Shown here piece by piece: positions 43,808 through 53,940 of a DNA stretch of 64,000 bases. The notes under the pieces are model-generated. The model had not been told where the DNA came from. It saw only the letters and a list, made by a program, of their open reading frames with translations, and made no database searches. Positions within the stretch are counted from its first letter, which is position 1. The number at the start of each line of letters is the position of its first letter. The stretch is taken from the NCBI GenBank assembly GCA_038201105.1, contig JBBRRH010000001.1:8864-72863 (forward strand). The letters run 5' to 3'. Origin of the DNA: Nitrososphaera sp. (GTDB lineage: Archaea > Thermoproteota > Nitrososphaeria > Nitrososphaerales > Nitrososphaeraceae). Position numbers and translations under genes: made by a program.

Positions 43808-45391
43808 TTGTCAGTTGGTTATAAACAACGTTTTGTGATGCGCAATGATGTTCTGATTAATATAGGTACTTTTTTAGCGAGACGTTGGTCTGGAAATACC
43901 AAAACTGTCGTCACACTGATAGATGGCGCCATACCCTTTGCCAACATCCAAAACTTCACAATCTCTTTACCTTCCCTAAATTATTATCTGGGAACTGAAT
44001 TTCAGAAATACAGACAATGGAGAGCGGCACTATGGTATGAATCAATGAGGATCGCATATTCTACCAAAGTTCTCAGCTATGACCTCGCCTTTGGATTTAT
44101 CCTCAATACTTTAGAAAGCAAGAGAATTGAGATTCTGGGTCTTGGGGAATGGGAAGGTATGGAAAACGAGGTTATATTCAATGAGGGAATTTCGTGGTTA
44201 TCTCGACCTCTACTAAATGCATTATACGGCAAACAAAAGCTCATTGAAGCGTTTTCTCAATACCTGCTGACAGGATACATAAAAGGAGAATTATTTGGAG
44301 GTGAATTAGAACGCGTGCACAAGGCTGTTGATTTTGCCAATGCCGTGGTTAAAGACGCCCTTTACAATAATCGGAGTACTGATTGGATAGAGCAACAGGT
44401 TCCACAAATTGTCAAATTACTTCAGATAAATCCATTGATAACTATTCCTCTAATTGCCCCCAGATCGAGAATAGGCCTCTCGCTTTCTCAAAGCGACTTA
44501 ATGAAACAAATCGAAAGAATAGTCAAGACAAAAAACAAGGAAAAAGATGGCCAGATTGTGAAATCCATAGTCGACGGAGCCCAGCTGCTTAAGGAATTTG
44601 AAAGTTTAGCACGAGAAAGTAAGCGTTCGGAAAGTAAAGGTTATGCGAGCTTGGAAGAATTTGGTTTGTCTGCGCCAGATAGTCTAGCCGTTGATGAGAG
44701 AGCCATATACGATAACGATCTTATTACAAGACTGAAGGCTGCGGTAAGATATTGGAAGAGTGGATGGATTGAAATGCATGATGAAAGAGGAGATGATTTG
44801 GACACTGATGCAGTCTTGGAATCACAACCTAAACCCTTTTTCACCGACTTCAAACTCTCTGTCAAAACAAAAATTGCTCTTTTGCTCGATCACTCCAGTA
44901 GTATCGAGGATGAAGAGATCGAATACAAAAAGGCTACCATAGCTTTGTGTGAATCTCTAAAATTCCTCGGAGTTAGTTTTGCCGTCTACGCGTTCAGCAC
45001 CAAGGAGAGGAAGGTTAAATGTTGGATCATAAAACGACCTGAAGAAAAATGGTCCTCTATTAATGCGCGAAATTTAGCTCAGATCAAGGCAAGTGGAGGG
45101 ACACCCCTCGCGGAGATCTATAACCTGTTATTGCCAGTAATGAAAATGTTCAGGCCAGATATCCTGATAACACTTACTGATGGAGAACCGGCCGATTATG
45201 GCGCAGTAAGATCCGCAGTTACCAGTTACAAGATGATGGGAATACGCATGGTGGGAATAGGACTGGGCAAAAACGTCAATAGTGCAGTGAATATTGGAAA
45301 AAACCTAAAAGGTTTGGAATTTGAAAAAACTTTGGCTGTAAGCAGACTACAGGATATCCCCCGTAAGGTATTGTCTCTGTTACAGATTTAA
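43808..45391 (+). CDS. vWA-domain protein (CbbO/NorD-like)
   Basis: C-terminal LLDHSSS, GGTPLA, LTDGEP, MVGIG. Confidence 0.82.
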   Translation: MSVGYKQRFVMRNDVLINIGTFLARRWSGNTKTVVTLIDGAIPFANIQNFTISLPSLNYYLGTEFQKYRQWRAALWYESMRIAYSTKVLSYDLAFGFILNTLESKRIEILGLGEWEGMENEVIFNEGISWLSRPLLNALYGKQKLIEAFSQYLLTGYIKGELFGGELERVHKAVDFANAVVKDALYNNRSTDWIEQQVPQIVKLLQINPLITIPLIAPRSRIGLSLSQSDLMKQIERIVKTKNKEKDGQIVKSIVDGAQLLKEFESLARESKRSESKGYASLEEFGLSAPDSLAVDERAIYDNDLITRLKAAVRYWKSGWIEMHDERGDDLDTDAVLESQPKPFFTDFKLSVKTKIALLLDHSSSIEDEEIEYKKATIALCESLKFLGVSFAVYAFSTKERKVKCWIIKRPEEKWSSINARNLAQIKASGGTPLAEIYNLLLPVMKMFRPDILITLTDGEPADYGAVRSAVTSYKMMGIRMVGIGLGKNVNSAVNIGKNLKGLEFEKTLAVSRLQDIPRKVLSLLQI

Positions 45392-45407
45392 CGATGGATC
45401 GATCTGT

Positions 45408-46070
45408 TTAGAAAGTAACTTGATATTGTTTAGTGATCTTCTCCCAGTCAGATAGAAAGGAATTCAGCCCCTTTTCTGTTAGCGGATGCAACATCATCTT
45501 ACCCAGTATCTCTGGTGGCAAAGTTACAATGTGCGCTCCAATTTTTGCAGCTTCTACTACATGAACTGGGTGCCTTACGCTTGCGACTAGAACTTCTGTG
45601 TCAAATTTATAATTAGCGAAAATCTGGACTATTTCTTTGATGATTATCATGCCATCATGGCCAATGTCATCAATTCTTCCAATAAACGGACTTACATAAG
45701 AAGCTCCTGCCTTGGCTGCAAGGAGAGCTTGATTTGATGAAAAGATTAGCGTAACATTTGTCTTAATGCCCTCTTCACGTAGCTGTCTAACTGCTTTCAG
45801 TCCCTCAGGGATCATTGGAATTTTTACTACTACATTAGGACCAAACTTTGTTAATCGATGTGCTTCTTCTATCATTCCGTCCGTTTCTATACCAACGACT
45901 TCAAGGCTGACAGGACCCTTGATAAGCTTCGTGATTTCTCTCATAATTTCTGCCGGATGTCCTTTTTCTTTAGACAAAAGAGTAGGATTCGTAGTTATTC
46001 CATCAACCGCCCCCATATCATTATACCGTTTTATGGATTCGATATTTGCAGTATCAAGAAAGATCTTCAT
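45408..46070 (-). CDS. tal: Transaldolase / fructose-6-phosphate aldolase family
   Basis: IFLDTA, GITTNP, VVKIP, TNVTL, YVSPFIGR, AASVRH-like motif. Confidence 0.93.
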   Translation of the reverse strand: MKIFLDTANIESIKRYNDMGAVDGITTNPTLLSKEKGHPAEIMREITKLIKGPVSLEVVGIETDGMIEEAHRLTKFGPNVVVKIPMIPEGLKAVRQLREEGIKTNVTLIFSSNQALLAAKAGASYVSPFIGRIDDIGHDGMIIIKEIVQIFANYKFDTEVLVASVRHPVHVVEAAKIGAHIVTLPPEILGKMMLHPLTEKGLNSFLSDWEKITKQYQVTF

Positions 46071-47041
46071 TTCTTTGTTTTTCTCCTCGTTTCAAGAACT
46101 AATTCCACGATATGATTGGAAGTTAAACCGTATTTATCCAGCAGTTCCTCTATTTCCTCATCACGTGCAGACTCACCAAATATATCAGAGACACCCATTC
46201 TCTTTACCAGAACAGGATAATTTTCTGACGTAACTTCTGAAACCGCACTGCCAAGTCCGCCAATTACATTATGTTCCTCGATAGTTATTATGAGTCCAGT
46301 TTCTATCGCCGCTTGATATATTATTTGAGCGTCTATTGGTTTGATTGAATACATGTCTATTACTCTACAACATAGACTGTAATCTCTTTGAAGTATTTCT
46401 GCAGCCTTGAGCGCGTCTGTAACCATAAGACCGCAAGCAATAATAGTTGCGTCAGAGCCATCCCGAAGAACACTTGCTTTTCCAATCTCAAAGGAATTCA
46501 CATGTTCATCATACACCAAGTTGCTTGACGGCCGTGCTAGACGCATATAAAAAGGGCCAGGAGTTTTAGCAATAAGTGGTATCAAATGTTTTACGGTTAT
46601 TGCATCACATGGTACTAGTACTCTCATATTTGGTATTGTTCTCATAATAGATATATCTTCAATTTGTTGATGCGATGCCCCATCAGGTCCGACAGTGAGT
46701 CCCGCGTGTGAAACCACGAGTTTAACATTAAGAAAGGGATAGCATATTGTATTGCGAATTTGGTCAAGACATCTCCCCGGTAAAAATGCTGCATATGTAC
46801 TGGCAAACACTACTTTTCCTGCAATAGAGAGACCAGCCGCTATCGATACAAGATTGGCCTCAGCTATGCCAACATTATATAATCTTGTTGGAAATTTATC
46901 TCCAAATTTTTTTGTTTTGAGTGAATCAGTAGTATCGGCTCCAACACAAACAACATTCTGATCATTTAGTCCAAGTTCAATTAGAGCGTCACTATAGGCA
47001 GATCTCATGTCTGCAAGCTTCCTTTCACTACTTAATTGCAT
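46067..47041 (-). CDS. tkt: Transketolase C-terminal subunit
   Basis: NVGIAE, GPDGASHQ, YMRLAR, EEHN.IGGLG. Confidence 0.93.
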   Translation of the reverse strand: MQLSSERKLADMRSAYSDALIELGLNDQNVVCVGADTTDSLKTKKFGDKFPTRLYNVGIAEANLVSIAAGLSIAGKVVFASTYAAFLPGRCLDQIRNTICYPFLNVKLVVSHAGLTVGPDGASHQQIEDISIMRTIPNMRVLVPCDAITVKHLIPLIAKTPGPFYMRLARPSSNLVYDEHVNSFEIGKASVLRDGSDATIIACGLMVTDALKAAEILQRDYSLCCRVIDMYSIKPIDAQIIYQAAIETGLIITIEEHNVIGGLGSAVSEVTSENYPVLVKRMGVSDIFGESARDEEIEELLDKYGLTSNHIVELVLETRRKTKK

Positions 47042-48668
47042 GGAGTTCCTCCTCTATTCCCAACTCATTTGCCAATGGAATCAATATATGTTTACGTGTT
47101 TTCATCCAGTCATTACGAATATCCTTTATAGTTGCGATTTCCAATAATTTTCTTTCTAGTGCAACATTCGCCTTATGTCTTAATTGGATTATGTTAGAAT
47201 TTATATCTGCAGATCCGTATACTGCATTCCCTGCAACCATTATCCTAGCTCCTGCATCAAAAACTTGCTGGAGGTTCGTTGCGTCTACACCACCGTCCGC
47301 TTCAATGTAGCCATGATAATTGTGCTTTTTCAATTCTTTAGATATTTCGGCCATTTTGTCAAGACTGTCGGGGATGAACTTTTGACCTGCAAATCCTGGA
47401 TTAACTGACATTATTATTATAACATCTATTCTATCAAGATGCTTATACAGCCATGATGGAAATTTTGTATCAGGATTTATTGCGACGCCAGGACTAATCC
47501 CAGCTTTTAGTAGATTTTCATTTATTTCTAGAAATTCACTTTCATTACAGACCTCGGCATGTATGGTTATTATGTCACAGCGTGCTTCGATGTAATCTTG
47601 AATATGTTTCAGCGGTTCTTCGATCATTAAGTGGGCATCAAAAGGCAGACTCGTAATTTTTCGAAGATCCCTTATTTTGTTAGCAAAAAATGTTGTATTT
47701 GGAACAAATTTTCCATCCATAACATCAAGATGAATGAGATCAGCACCTCCACGTTCTGCCTTACGTACCTTTTCTTCATAATTTTCTCGTTCTCCCGCAA
47801 TAATCGATGGAGCGATCATAACCTCGCTTTGCAGTTCTTCTAACAGTATAGGCGTATGTTTCCTTGGCGGTGCCCTTCCATGCCATTGCGGGTTGTTTGC
47901 CATATGTTTTATACCGTTCCCTTTCACAGTATTGGCTATAATAATTGACGGTTTGTCCTCTAACCTCTCCACTCTGTTCAAAGCATCAATTAATTGCTCA
48001 ATCTTGTGTCCGTCAACCTCAAAAACATTCCAGTTAAATGCCATCCATTTGTCGCGAACAGGGTCGAGTGGCATTATTTCCTCAGTGAAACCGTCTTGCT
48101 GTATCTTGTTTCTATCCAAAATTGTGACAAGATTGTTAAGCCTGAACTTCGGGGCTGACATGGCAGCTTCCCAAATCTGTCCTTCATTTGATTCTCCATC
48201 TCCAATCAACGTATAAATTCGATTTCGCTTACCATCGGATTTCTTGGCAATTGCTATGCCTATAGAGACTGATAATCCGATACCTTCAGATCCACCTGAA
48301 TATTCAATACCCGGAAAGCTGTGTTGTTTCTGTAATTCTGAATACCTAACTGGATGGCCCTGAAGACGGGACCCAAGTTTTCTCAAGGTCTTCACTTCTT
48401 CGAAATCTATGTAACCAGCAACAGCAAGGGCAGCATAGAAGCCTGGAGCGGAATGTGCCTTTGAGTTTATGAAGTAGTCCCTGTCATCCCACAATGGTCG
48501 AGATGGGTCATGCTTCATCTTATGAAAGTAAAGGGCACCCATTATTTCAGCAGCTGAAAATGACGCGCCCGGGTGACCGGAACCGGCCTCTGCTATAGCT
48601 TGGATTGCAAGCATTCTTACATCCCTCACTTTTCTTTTGAGTTCTAAATATCGCATTTTAAATCCCAT
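47028..48668 (-). CDS. Transketolase N-terminal subunit fused to ribulose-phosphate 3-epimerase
   Basis: GSGHPG, SKAH, GDGESNEG, then APSI, HLDVMDG, DAHLM, MSVNPGFAGQ, ADGG. Confidence 0.92.
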   Translation of the reverse strand: MGFKMRYLELKRKVRDVRMLAIQAIAEAGSGHPGASFSAAEIMGALYFHKMKHDPSRPLWDDRDYFINSKAHSAPGFYAALAVAGYIDFEEVKTLRKLGSRLQGHPVRYSELQKQHSFPGIEYSGGSEGIGLSVSIGIAIAKKSDGKRNRIYTLIGDGESNEGQIWEAAMSAPKFRLNNLVTILDRNKIQQDGFTEEIMPLDPVRDKWMAFNWNVFEVDGHKIEQLIDALNRVERLEDKPSIIIANTVKGNGIKHMANNPQWHGRAPPRKHTPILLEELQSEVMIAPSIIAGERENYEEKVRKAERGGADLIHLDVMDGKFVPNTTFFANKIRDLRKITSLPFDAHLMIEEPLKHIQDYIEARCDIITIHAEVCNESEFLEINENLLKAGISPGVAINPDTKFPSWLYKHLDRIDVIIIMSVNPGFAGQKFIPDSLDKMAEISKELKKHNYHGYIEADGGVDATNLQQVFDAGARIMVAGNAVYGSADINSNIIQLRHKANVALERKLLEIATIKDIRNDWMKTRKHILIPLANELGIEEELHAIK

Positions 48669-50051
48669 AAAATCTGACTAAACCCCTTTCAACCTAATGG
48701 TTATTTTGGGGACAATGCTTGATAAAAAGATATACTTGTTATAAGAGGTTCCAAAAGATTCTAATTTCTATGCAGAATTTATTTGAACTCATTCAGTCAT
48801 GAACTGAATGCATTTCTGGCTCATTCGAGCATATTTCCAGTGTATTAATAGCCAACTACACACAATTTCCCGCAGGTTGGCATCGAATTCTAGATGTTTT
48901 GATAAATTTGGTAATCAATGGGATATGTTATCATGTTATAATCAATCCGCCATCCAAGAATTATGGGGGCCTCGAGGTTCTGGAATTGGATAGATTGGAC
49001 GAAAACGAAGTTGTTTCAGATGTAATTTGTGGTCAGGCAAACTAATCAACCTTATTTTCGGTAAAGTTCCCAAAAGATTTGTTTATGTCGTAGACATAGA
49101 TCCACCTACGGGTCATAAGCAAGAAGAGATCTAGCTAAGTTAAAAATTTTGAAGTCATTGAAGTCGACATTTCTCCAAGTAATTCTACCAATACAAATTG
49201 ATGTGAGCTTTTCAAATGCAAACATACATTGAATGCTAGATGATAGACAAAAGTTTACGAATTTTTGGTAGCTCCTAAAAGAGCACGGTATGCTTACGTA
49301 CCAATATGAATGAGAAGGAAAACTGGTATGATCCCTCGGGATATCGGACAGGGTTAGGCAGGATAACGATTTCAATAAGTATGGGGATGGATAGATCTTG
49401 GCATCTAGAAAGAGCGCCAGAAATTAAAAAACTGGATCAGTTAGGATTTGAAGAAATCAAATATGATTCTCTTAACTAGATGACTACTTTTCCAATGTCG
49501 ATCAATTCACGAATTTTAAGGACTCTTGTTAAAAGCCCACATTTTCTTTACTTATCAGGACAAGCTGACAGAGAATCGTGATAGCAGTAATTGAACATAA
49601 TAAGATTAGTCTTGAATCGTATAAAAAAATACAAATTATGAAACTTACAGTAATTACAAATTGAAATGTTACATAGTGTTAAAAGGAACATACAGGACGT
49701 GCATTATTCGATAATGCCGACAGGAAGCTGTAAGAGTTCTTGCAATATTGTTCATCTAGTCAAATCCAAAATAGTTGGAAATGTGGATTTTTTTAGATAT
49801 AGACCTGCTTACGTGCAATCGTTTATAGTTATGACAGGGTTCTCCTGGGGGACATATTAGTAACGTTTGGCATACGACAACTTGCAGTATGCGGTGTGAT
49901 GATTGGCTCTGCGATAAATGTTATGAAGGTTGACAATAACTTTTTACCCTTATTAGTTGACCATGGCGTTTCTACACTAGGAACTGATTTGAGTAAATTG
50001 TACCGTCCAGTTCTTGGTCCCTAATTCATTCAAATATTGAGCGTGAAAGAT

Positions 50052-50125
50052 AGCCTTGGCCGGGATTTGGACCCGGGACCTTTGCCTTACCAAGGCAACG
50101 CTCTACCAGGCTGAGCTACCAAGGC
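50052..50125 (-). tRNA. tRNA-Thr(GGT)
   Basis: Acceptor GCCTTGG/CCAAGGC, anticodon arm TTGCC-TT-GGT-AA-GGCAA, T arm CCGGG-TCCAAAT-CCCGG. Confidence 0.95.
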
Positions 50126-50135
50126 ACATTTGCAA
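50121..50135 (+). repeat. Left att core (overlaps tRNA-Thr nt 1-5 and 10 nt of upstream sequence)
   Basis: AAGGCACATTTGCAA, identical to 60788-60802. Confidence 0.8.
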
Positions 50136-50148
50136 CTAGATAAGTAAC

Positions 50149-50154
50149 TTTATA
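50149..50154 (-). promoter_or_regulatory. TATA box for tRNA-Thr, located inside the element
   Basis: TATAAA on the minus strand, 24-29 nt upstream of tRNA nt 1. Confidence 0.6.
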
Positions 50155-50186
50155 TTTGTTCTTACCCATTTACAAAGCTAACGAGA

Positions 50187-51518
50187 ATGCAGGTCATATC
50201 CTATAAAAAACCATTCGACAGATTCATTGACGCAATAGATAATGAAAAAACCAAGAGAGAGTATGTTAGCTGTCTTAGATTATTCATAATACACTATAAA
50301 GTTGGTAGATGGGAACAGATAGAGAAACAACCACTTAGAGACTCTGAAAGCAAAGAATTGATTTCGTTTAATTCTGAATGCGAAGAGTTAGTGAAGCTAA
50401 CAACAGAACAAGCCGAAGATATGATTATTGACTATATACTGTTCATGAAGAAAGAAGGTCTTTCGGAGGGCATTATAACTCAAAGAATAGCTGCATGTAG
50501 AAAGTTTTTCAGTTCTAATAGAATTAATCTAAATTGGGATTTTATCAATCAGCACAAGGGTAAATTTAAGAAAAAACAAAAGTCTGAAGCTTATACCCAT
50601 CAACAAATTCAGAAGCTATTGGAAACATGTGATTTAAGGACCCGTTGTATAGTCCTAATATTTTCCAGCACCGGGATTCGTATCGGTGCTCTACCTGAAC
50701 TCAAGCGTAGTAATTTGAAGAAGATTGGAGAAATTTATCAATTCACAATCTACGAAAATGAAGGCGAAGAGTATATGACATTTTGCACTCCTGAATGTGC
50801 TTCAGCAATAGATTCCTATTTAGATTACAGACAAAGGTCAGGAGAATCAATAACAGAAGACACCTATCTAATAAGAAGAGAATTTGATTCGGAAGACGTA
50901 AGACAGGTTCAAAGTGAATCACTCCCCATATCAGAGTCTACAATAAGAAATATTATGTCAAAAAGAATGGTAAAAGCCGGACTTAGAAAAGTAGAACATG
51001 GTGTTAATAAAACACATCGAAAAGAAATTCCTATTGACCACGGCTTCAGGAAATTCCATTCTTCACAGTTAGTTAATTCGAATATAAATACAGAGAAAAG
51101 ATGGCTGCTAGCAGGTCAAGCTTTACCAAAGAATGACGATGCTTATATTCGAGTAAAAAAAGAATTGTATCAAGAATACTGCAAGGCTATCCCTCTTCTT
51201 ACTATAGACCAGACCAAGAACCAAGAAAAAATTATTGAAAAGCAGCAACAGGAACTTAGCCAGATTGAATTATTGAAACTGGAACATAATCACCAGATGA
51301 AATTACTTTTAGAGGATAAGAAAAAAGGGAATAAACAAGTTGAACAACTCTCAGCTATGGTTCAGCAGTTAGCACAGAGAATGAAGGTATTAGATACTTT
51401 GGATATTAATGGAGATTTCAGCAAAGTTATAAACGAAAATTTTGAATTGAAAGAAATGATAAAACTAAACGACAACAAAGACCTATCTGAAATCGTTGAG
51501 GAATACACTGAAGAATAA
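50187..51518 (+). CDS. int: Tyrosine recombinase/integrase with coiled-coil tail
   Basis: STGIRIGAL (R), HGFRKF (HxxR), AGQALPKNDDAY (catalytic Y). Confidence 0.92.
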   Translation: MQVISYKKPFDRFIDAIDNEKTKREYVSCLRLFIIHYKVGRWEQIEKQPLRDSESKELISFNSECEELVKLTTEQAEDMIIDYILFMKKEGLSEGIITQRIAACRKFFSSNRINLNWDFINQHKGKFKKKQKSEAYTHQQIQKLLETCDLRTRCIVLIFSSTGIRIGALPELKRSNLKKIGEIYQFTIYENEGEEYMTFCTPECASAIDSYLDYRQRSGESITEDTYLIRREFDSEDVRQVQSESLPISESTIRNIMSKRMVKAGLRKVEHGVNKTHRKEIPIDHGFRKFHSSQLVNSNINTEKRWLLAGQALPKNDDAYIRVKKELYQEYCKAIPLLTIDQTKNQEKIIEKQQQELSQIELLKLEHNHQMKLLLEDKKKGNKQVEQLSAMVQQLAQRMKVLDTLDINGDFSKVINENFELKEMIKLNDNKDLSEIVEEYTEE

Positions 51519-51635
51519 GTTTGAGTCCCCTCAGCTGAAGAAGGACTGGGGAGAGGGATGGCTGTCAGTTACAACCCCTTACGAAACCTTACTTTTGTAT
51601 ACGTGCTGGAAGCATTTAGCTGTTTTGGAAATTAG

Positions 51636-51671
51636 TGTAAGAATTATTGTAAGAATTATTGTTAGAGTTAC
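51636..51671 (+). repeat. Three tandem 12-bp units
   Basis: TGTAAGAATTAT twice plus TGTTAGAGTTAC. Confidence 0.6.
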
Positions 51672-51909
51672 TATTCGTGGCTAGCTATTCACAGTAGGAA
51701 CAAAACATAAGATATGTTCCTTGTGCGGTACAAGATGCCGTAATTTACATATTAATGCCTATTTTCCTGTAAAATGCAATTTCACAATTAATTTTTATAG
51801 CATAATATTGATTAATTTAACCTCTACCATATTATTTTTTAGTAAGATAACCCTCTTAAGCTAAGAAATTAATGTATAGGACGGGATACAAGAAAATAAT
51901 CCTAGTCAT

Positions 51910-52140
51910 TTGACTAGTATACCAATATCTCGGGGAGTAGAATTCCAGCTCTCAAAGATAATGAAAGACAAATCCTATAGTAATGTGATACAAAATCTAA
52001 TCATAAACTATTGGAAGCAAAACGGAAATTGTAAGAGTGAAAATATAAGAACGGGAGGAGATATGCCCTGCAAGACTAGTCTCCAACCCAAAGCACATGA
52101 ATTGTCGTTAGGAGTCGATACAGCACACACGTATGGCTAA
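51910..52140 (+). CDS. Ribbon-helix-helix-like DNA-binding protein
   Basis: TSIPISRGVEFQLSKIM..KSYSNVIQNLI has the beta-helix-helix RHH pattern. Confidence 0.55.
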   Translation: MTSIPISRGVEFQLSKIMKDKSYSNVIQNLIINYWKQNGNCKSENIRTGGDMPCKTSLQPKAHELSLGVDTAHTYG

Positions 52141-52375
52141 TGTTTGTAAGTCAAGTAATGATAAGAAGTCCAAATATAAAAAGCAACCGGATTTATTAGC
52201 AAATAGGCAGGATGTTAATAACTCTGAACCTGTTCCAGAATATCATAGGAGGCTTGGCAAAACTGGTCCTCATAACAAGGCTAGAGGGTGGCGCAGCACC
52301 GAGGAGATTGAAGCTTCAAAGTATGATTTCTGGAAAAGCGTAGCCGAAGCTAGAAGGACCTCAAAAGTTGGCTAA
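52133..52375 (+). CDS. Hypothetical basic protein
   Basis: 80-aa ORF tightly packed in an operon. Confidence 0.6.
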   Translation: MANVCKSSNDKKSKYKKQPDLLANRQDVNNSEPVPEYHRRLGKTGPHNKARGWRSTEEIEASKYDFWKSVAEARRTSKVG

Positions 52376-52376
52376 C

Positions 52377-52517
52377 ATGTTCCAGTGCCGATATTGTGAG
52401 ACGTGGTGTGTTTGGATGAAGAACTACAAGTATGATAAGTGGTATCCAGTTAATGCCGTTTCAGGAACAAATCATACTTGTCTCAAAGATTACGTTAGGA
52501 AAGTGAGGATATACTAA
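52377..52517 (+). CDS. Small CxxC...HxC zinc-finger protein (46 aa)
   Basis: Manual translation MFQCRYCETWCVWMKNYKYDKWYPVNAVSGTNHTCLKDYVRKVRIY; 1-bp gaps to both neighbours. Confidence 0.75.
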   Translation: MFQCRYCETWCVWMKNYKYDKWYPVNAVSGTNHTCLKDYVRKVRIY

Positions 52518-52518
52518 A

Positions 52519-53130
52519 TTGACTTCTCCTGATGACGTCTATGGTACATTTAGTAAGTTCGATGCTATCAAAGATTATAAGTATAATCCTAATCCTAGTA
52601 ACTCAGAAGACCTCACCAAAGACCAACAAAGAGATATTGATAGACTAGAAGCAAAATGTGGTAAGATAGTAGTTACTAAGCAAAAGAAGGAAGAGGATAA
52701 GGTGAGTTTAGTCGAGGAAGCAAGCAGAACCATAATGGGATGGTATAATTTCGTAACTATAGAAGAGACGAAAGAAATTCTGTATTACAAAGACGGAGTC
52801 TATCTTACAGGTGGAGATATCATTATCGAGAAAGAAACAGAAAAGATATGTGGTTTTGAGTTAAGCAATAGCCAGATATCAGAGATTAAAGGACACATTA
52901 TGAGAAGGACTTATCAGATGAAAGGCATTTTACAACTAGCTTCCAGAATATATTATTTCTTTATGATTTCTCAAATTTTCGGAGGTGAGAATAGTGTTTA
53001 TCTGTCTCATCTGTCTCAACTTGTCTTCCTTGGTAAACAATCACATTCTTCTATAACACCTAATTTTACGACCAGTGCCAGCACCTCCAGTCCTTCACCA
53101 CAGCCTCACTTTACTACTCCAAAACCATAG
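52519..53130 (+). pseudogene. Truncated P4/D5-type primase-helicase (N-terminal part only)
   Basis: YNFVTIEETKEILYYKDGVY..GG..IIE...EIKGHIMRRTY resembles the region before D5-like helicases; no Walker A follows, and the frame turns low-complexity after about 52915. Confidence 0.6.
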
Positions 53131-53361
53131 CCTTTCTAAATCACAGTTGCTAGCTGAAGTCTCTTCCCATCCTTTACAGAAATCCTACTAACTTAGCTGT
53201 GCTTAAATTAATTTCACAGTGCTTGGCTAGCTGAGAGTTGGTAGGGTACTTCAGTTACTTAACAAAAGAGAAGTCTTCTAGTCTATTATATACAGAAACA
53301 CATATATACTAATATTCTATATTAATATACTGATGGCTGTGCAAACTATGAATGTCCTTAG

Positions 53362-53631
53362 TATGATTACTCTCTGATAACTACTGCTATCACCAAGTAT
53401 CTGGATGCAATACCTGTATCTGAAAGTGAGATTGATGGTATATTTTATAGTGTTTGGACATATTATGAAAGATGTGATATAGAACAGTGCCACACAACAA
53501 GAAGGACAGAAACAGGAAGAACAGAAAGAGGGAGAGAAACCGGCGGAGAAATTAGATAAGAAAAACAGATTAGTTGCAACTGCTAGTAGAACTAGAATGA
53601 AGCGTTATAATTTTATCACCATAGAAGAATC
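53362..53631 (+). pseudogene. Second primase-helicase remnant (frameshifted)
   Basis: LVATASRTRMKRYNFITIEES parallels LVEEASRTIMGWYNFVTIEET of the 52519 ORF; an upstream frame reads IPVSESEIDGIFYSVWTYY (PriCT-like). Confidence 0.6.
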
Positions 53632-53940
53632 TGTTAACTGCTCGACTTTCTTCTGGAGTTGGTTGCTAGGGTCAATAGTAAGATTGGGAATTGCTTTTTG
53701 ATATTCAGTTAAAAGTTGGTCCTCCTGTCTTAGATAGCTGGGGTCATTTGCTTTCAATTTTCTACCTTCAAGAAGCCACCTCCTTTCTGTTATTAACCCA
53801 GCGTCGACGCACTGGTTACTGAACCATTTTCTGAATCCATGACAAACTTTTACATACAGTCGGCTTCAAGTAAACTTTCCTGTACTTTAGTCCTGCTTAA
53901 TTTAATTCAGTCACGCTTAACTTACTCATAGTTGGTTGAG
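53605..53940 (-). pseudogene. Inverted C-terminal fragment of a second tyrosine integrase
   Basis: Frame 53865 to 53605 reads VKVCHGFRKWFSNQCVDAGLITERRWLLEGRKLKANDPSYLRQEDQLLTEYQKAIPNLTID, versus HGFRKFHSSQLVNSNINTEKRWLLAGQALPKNDDAY...EYCKAIPLLTID in the intact integrase; disrupted MSKL..*AGL upstream. Confidence 0.88.

Noticed and set aside
824-48216. Many ORF-track entries antisense to or nested in clear genes (e.g. 1731-2162, 7978-8403, 27715-28206, 45766-46233)
   Set aside because: Shadow ORFs of well-supported genes with no independent motifs.
50030-50075. Conventional att at the tRNA-Thr 3' end
   Set aside because: No second copy of the 3' half was found in the window.
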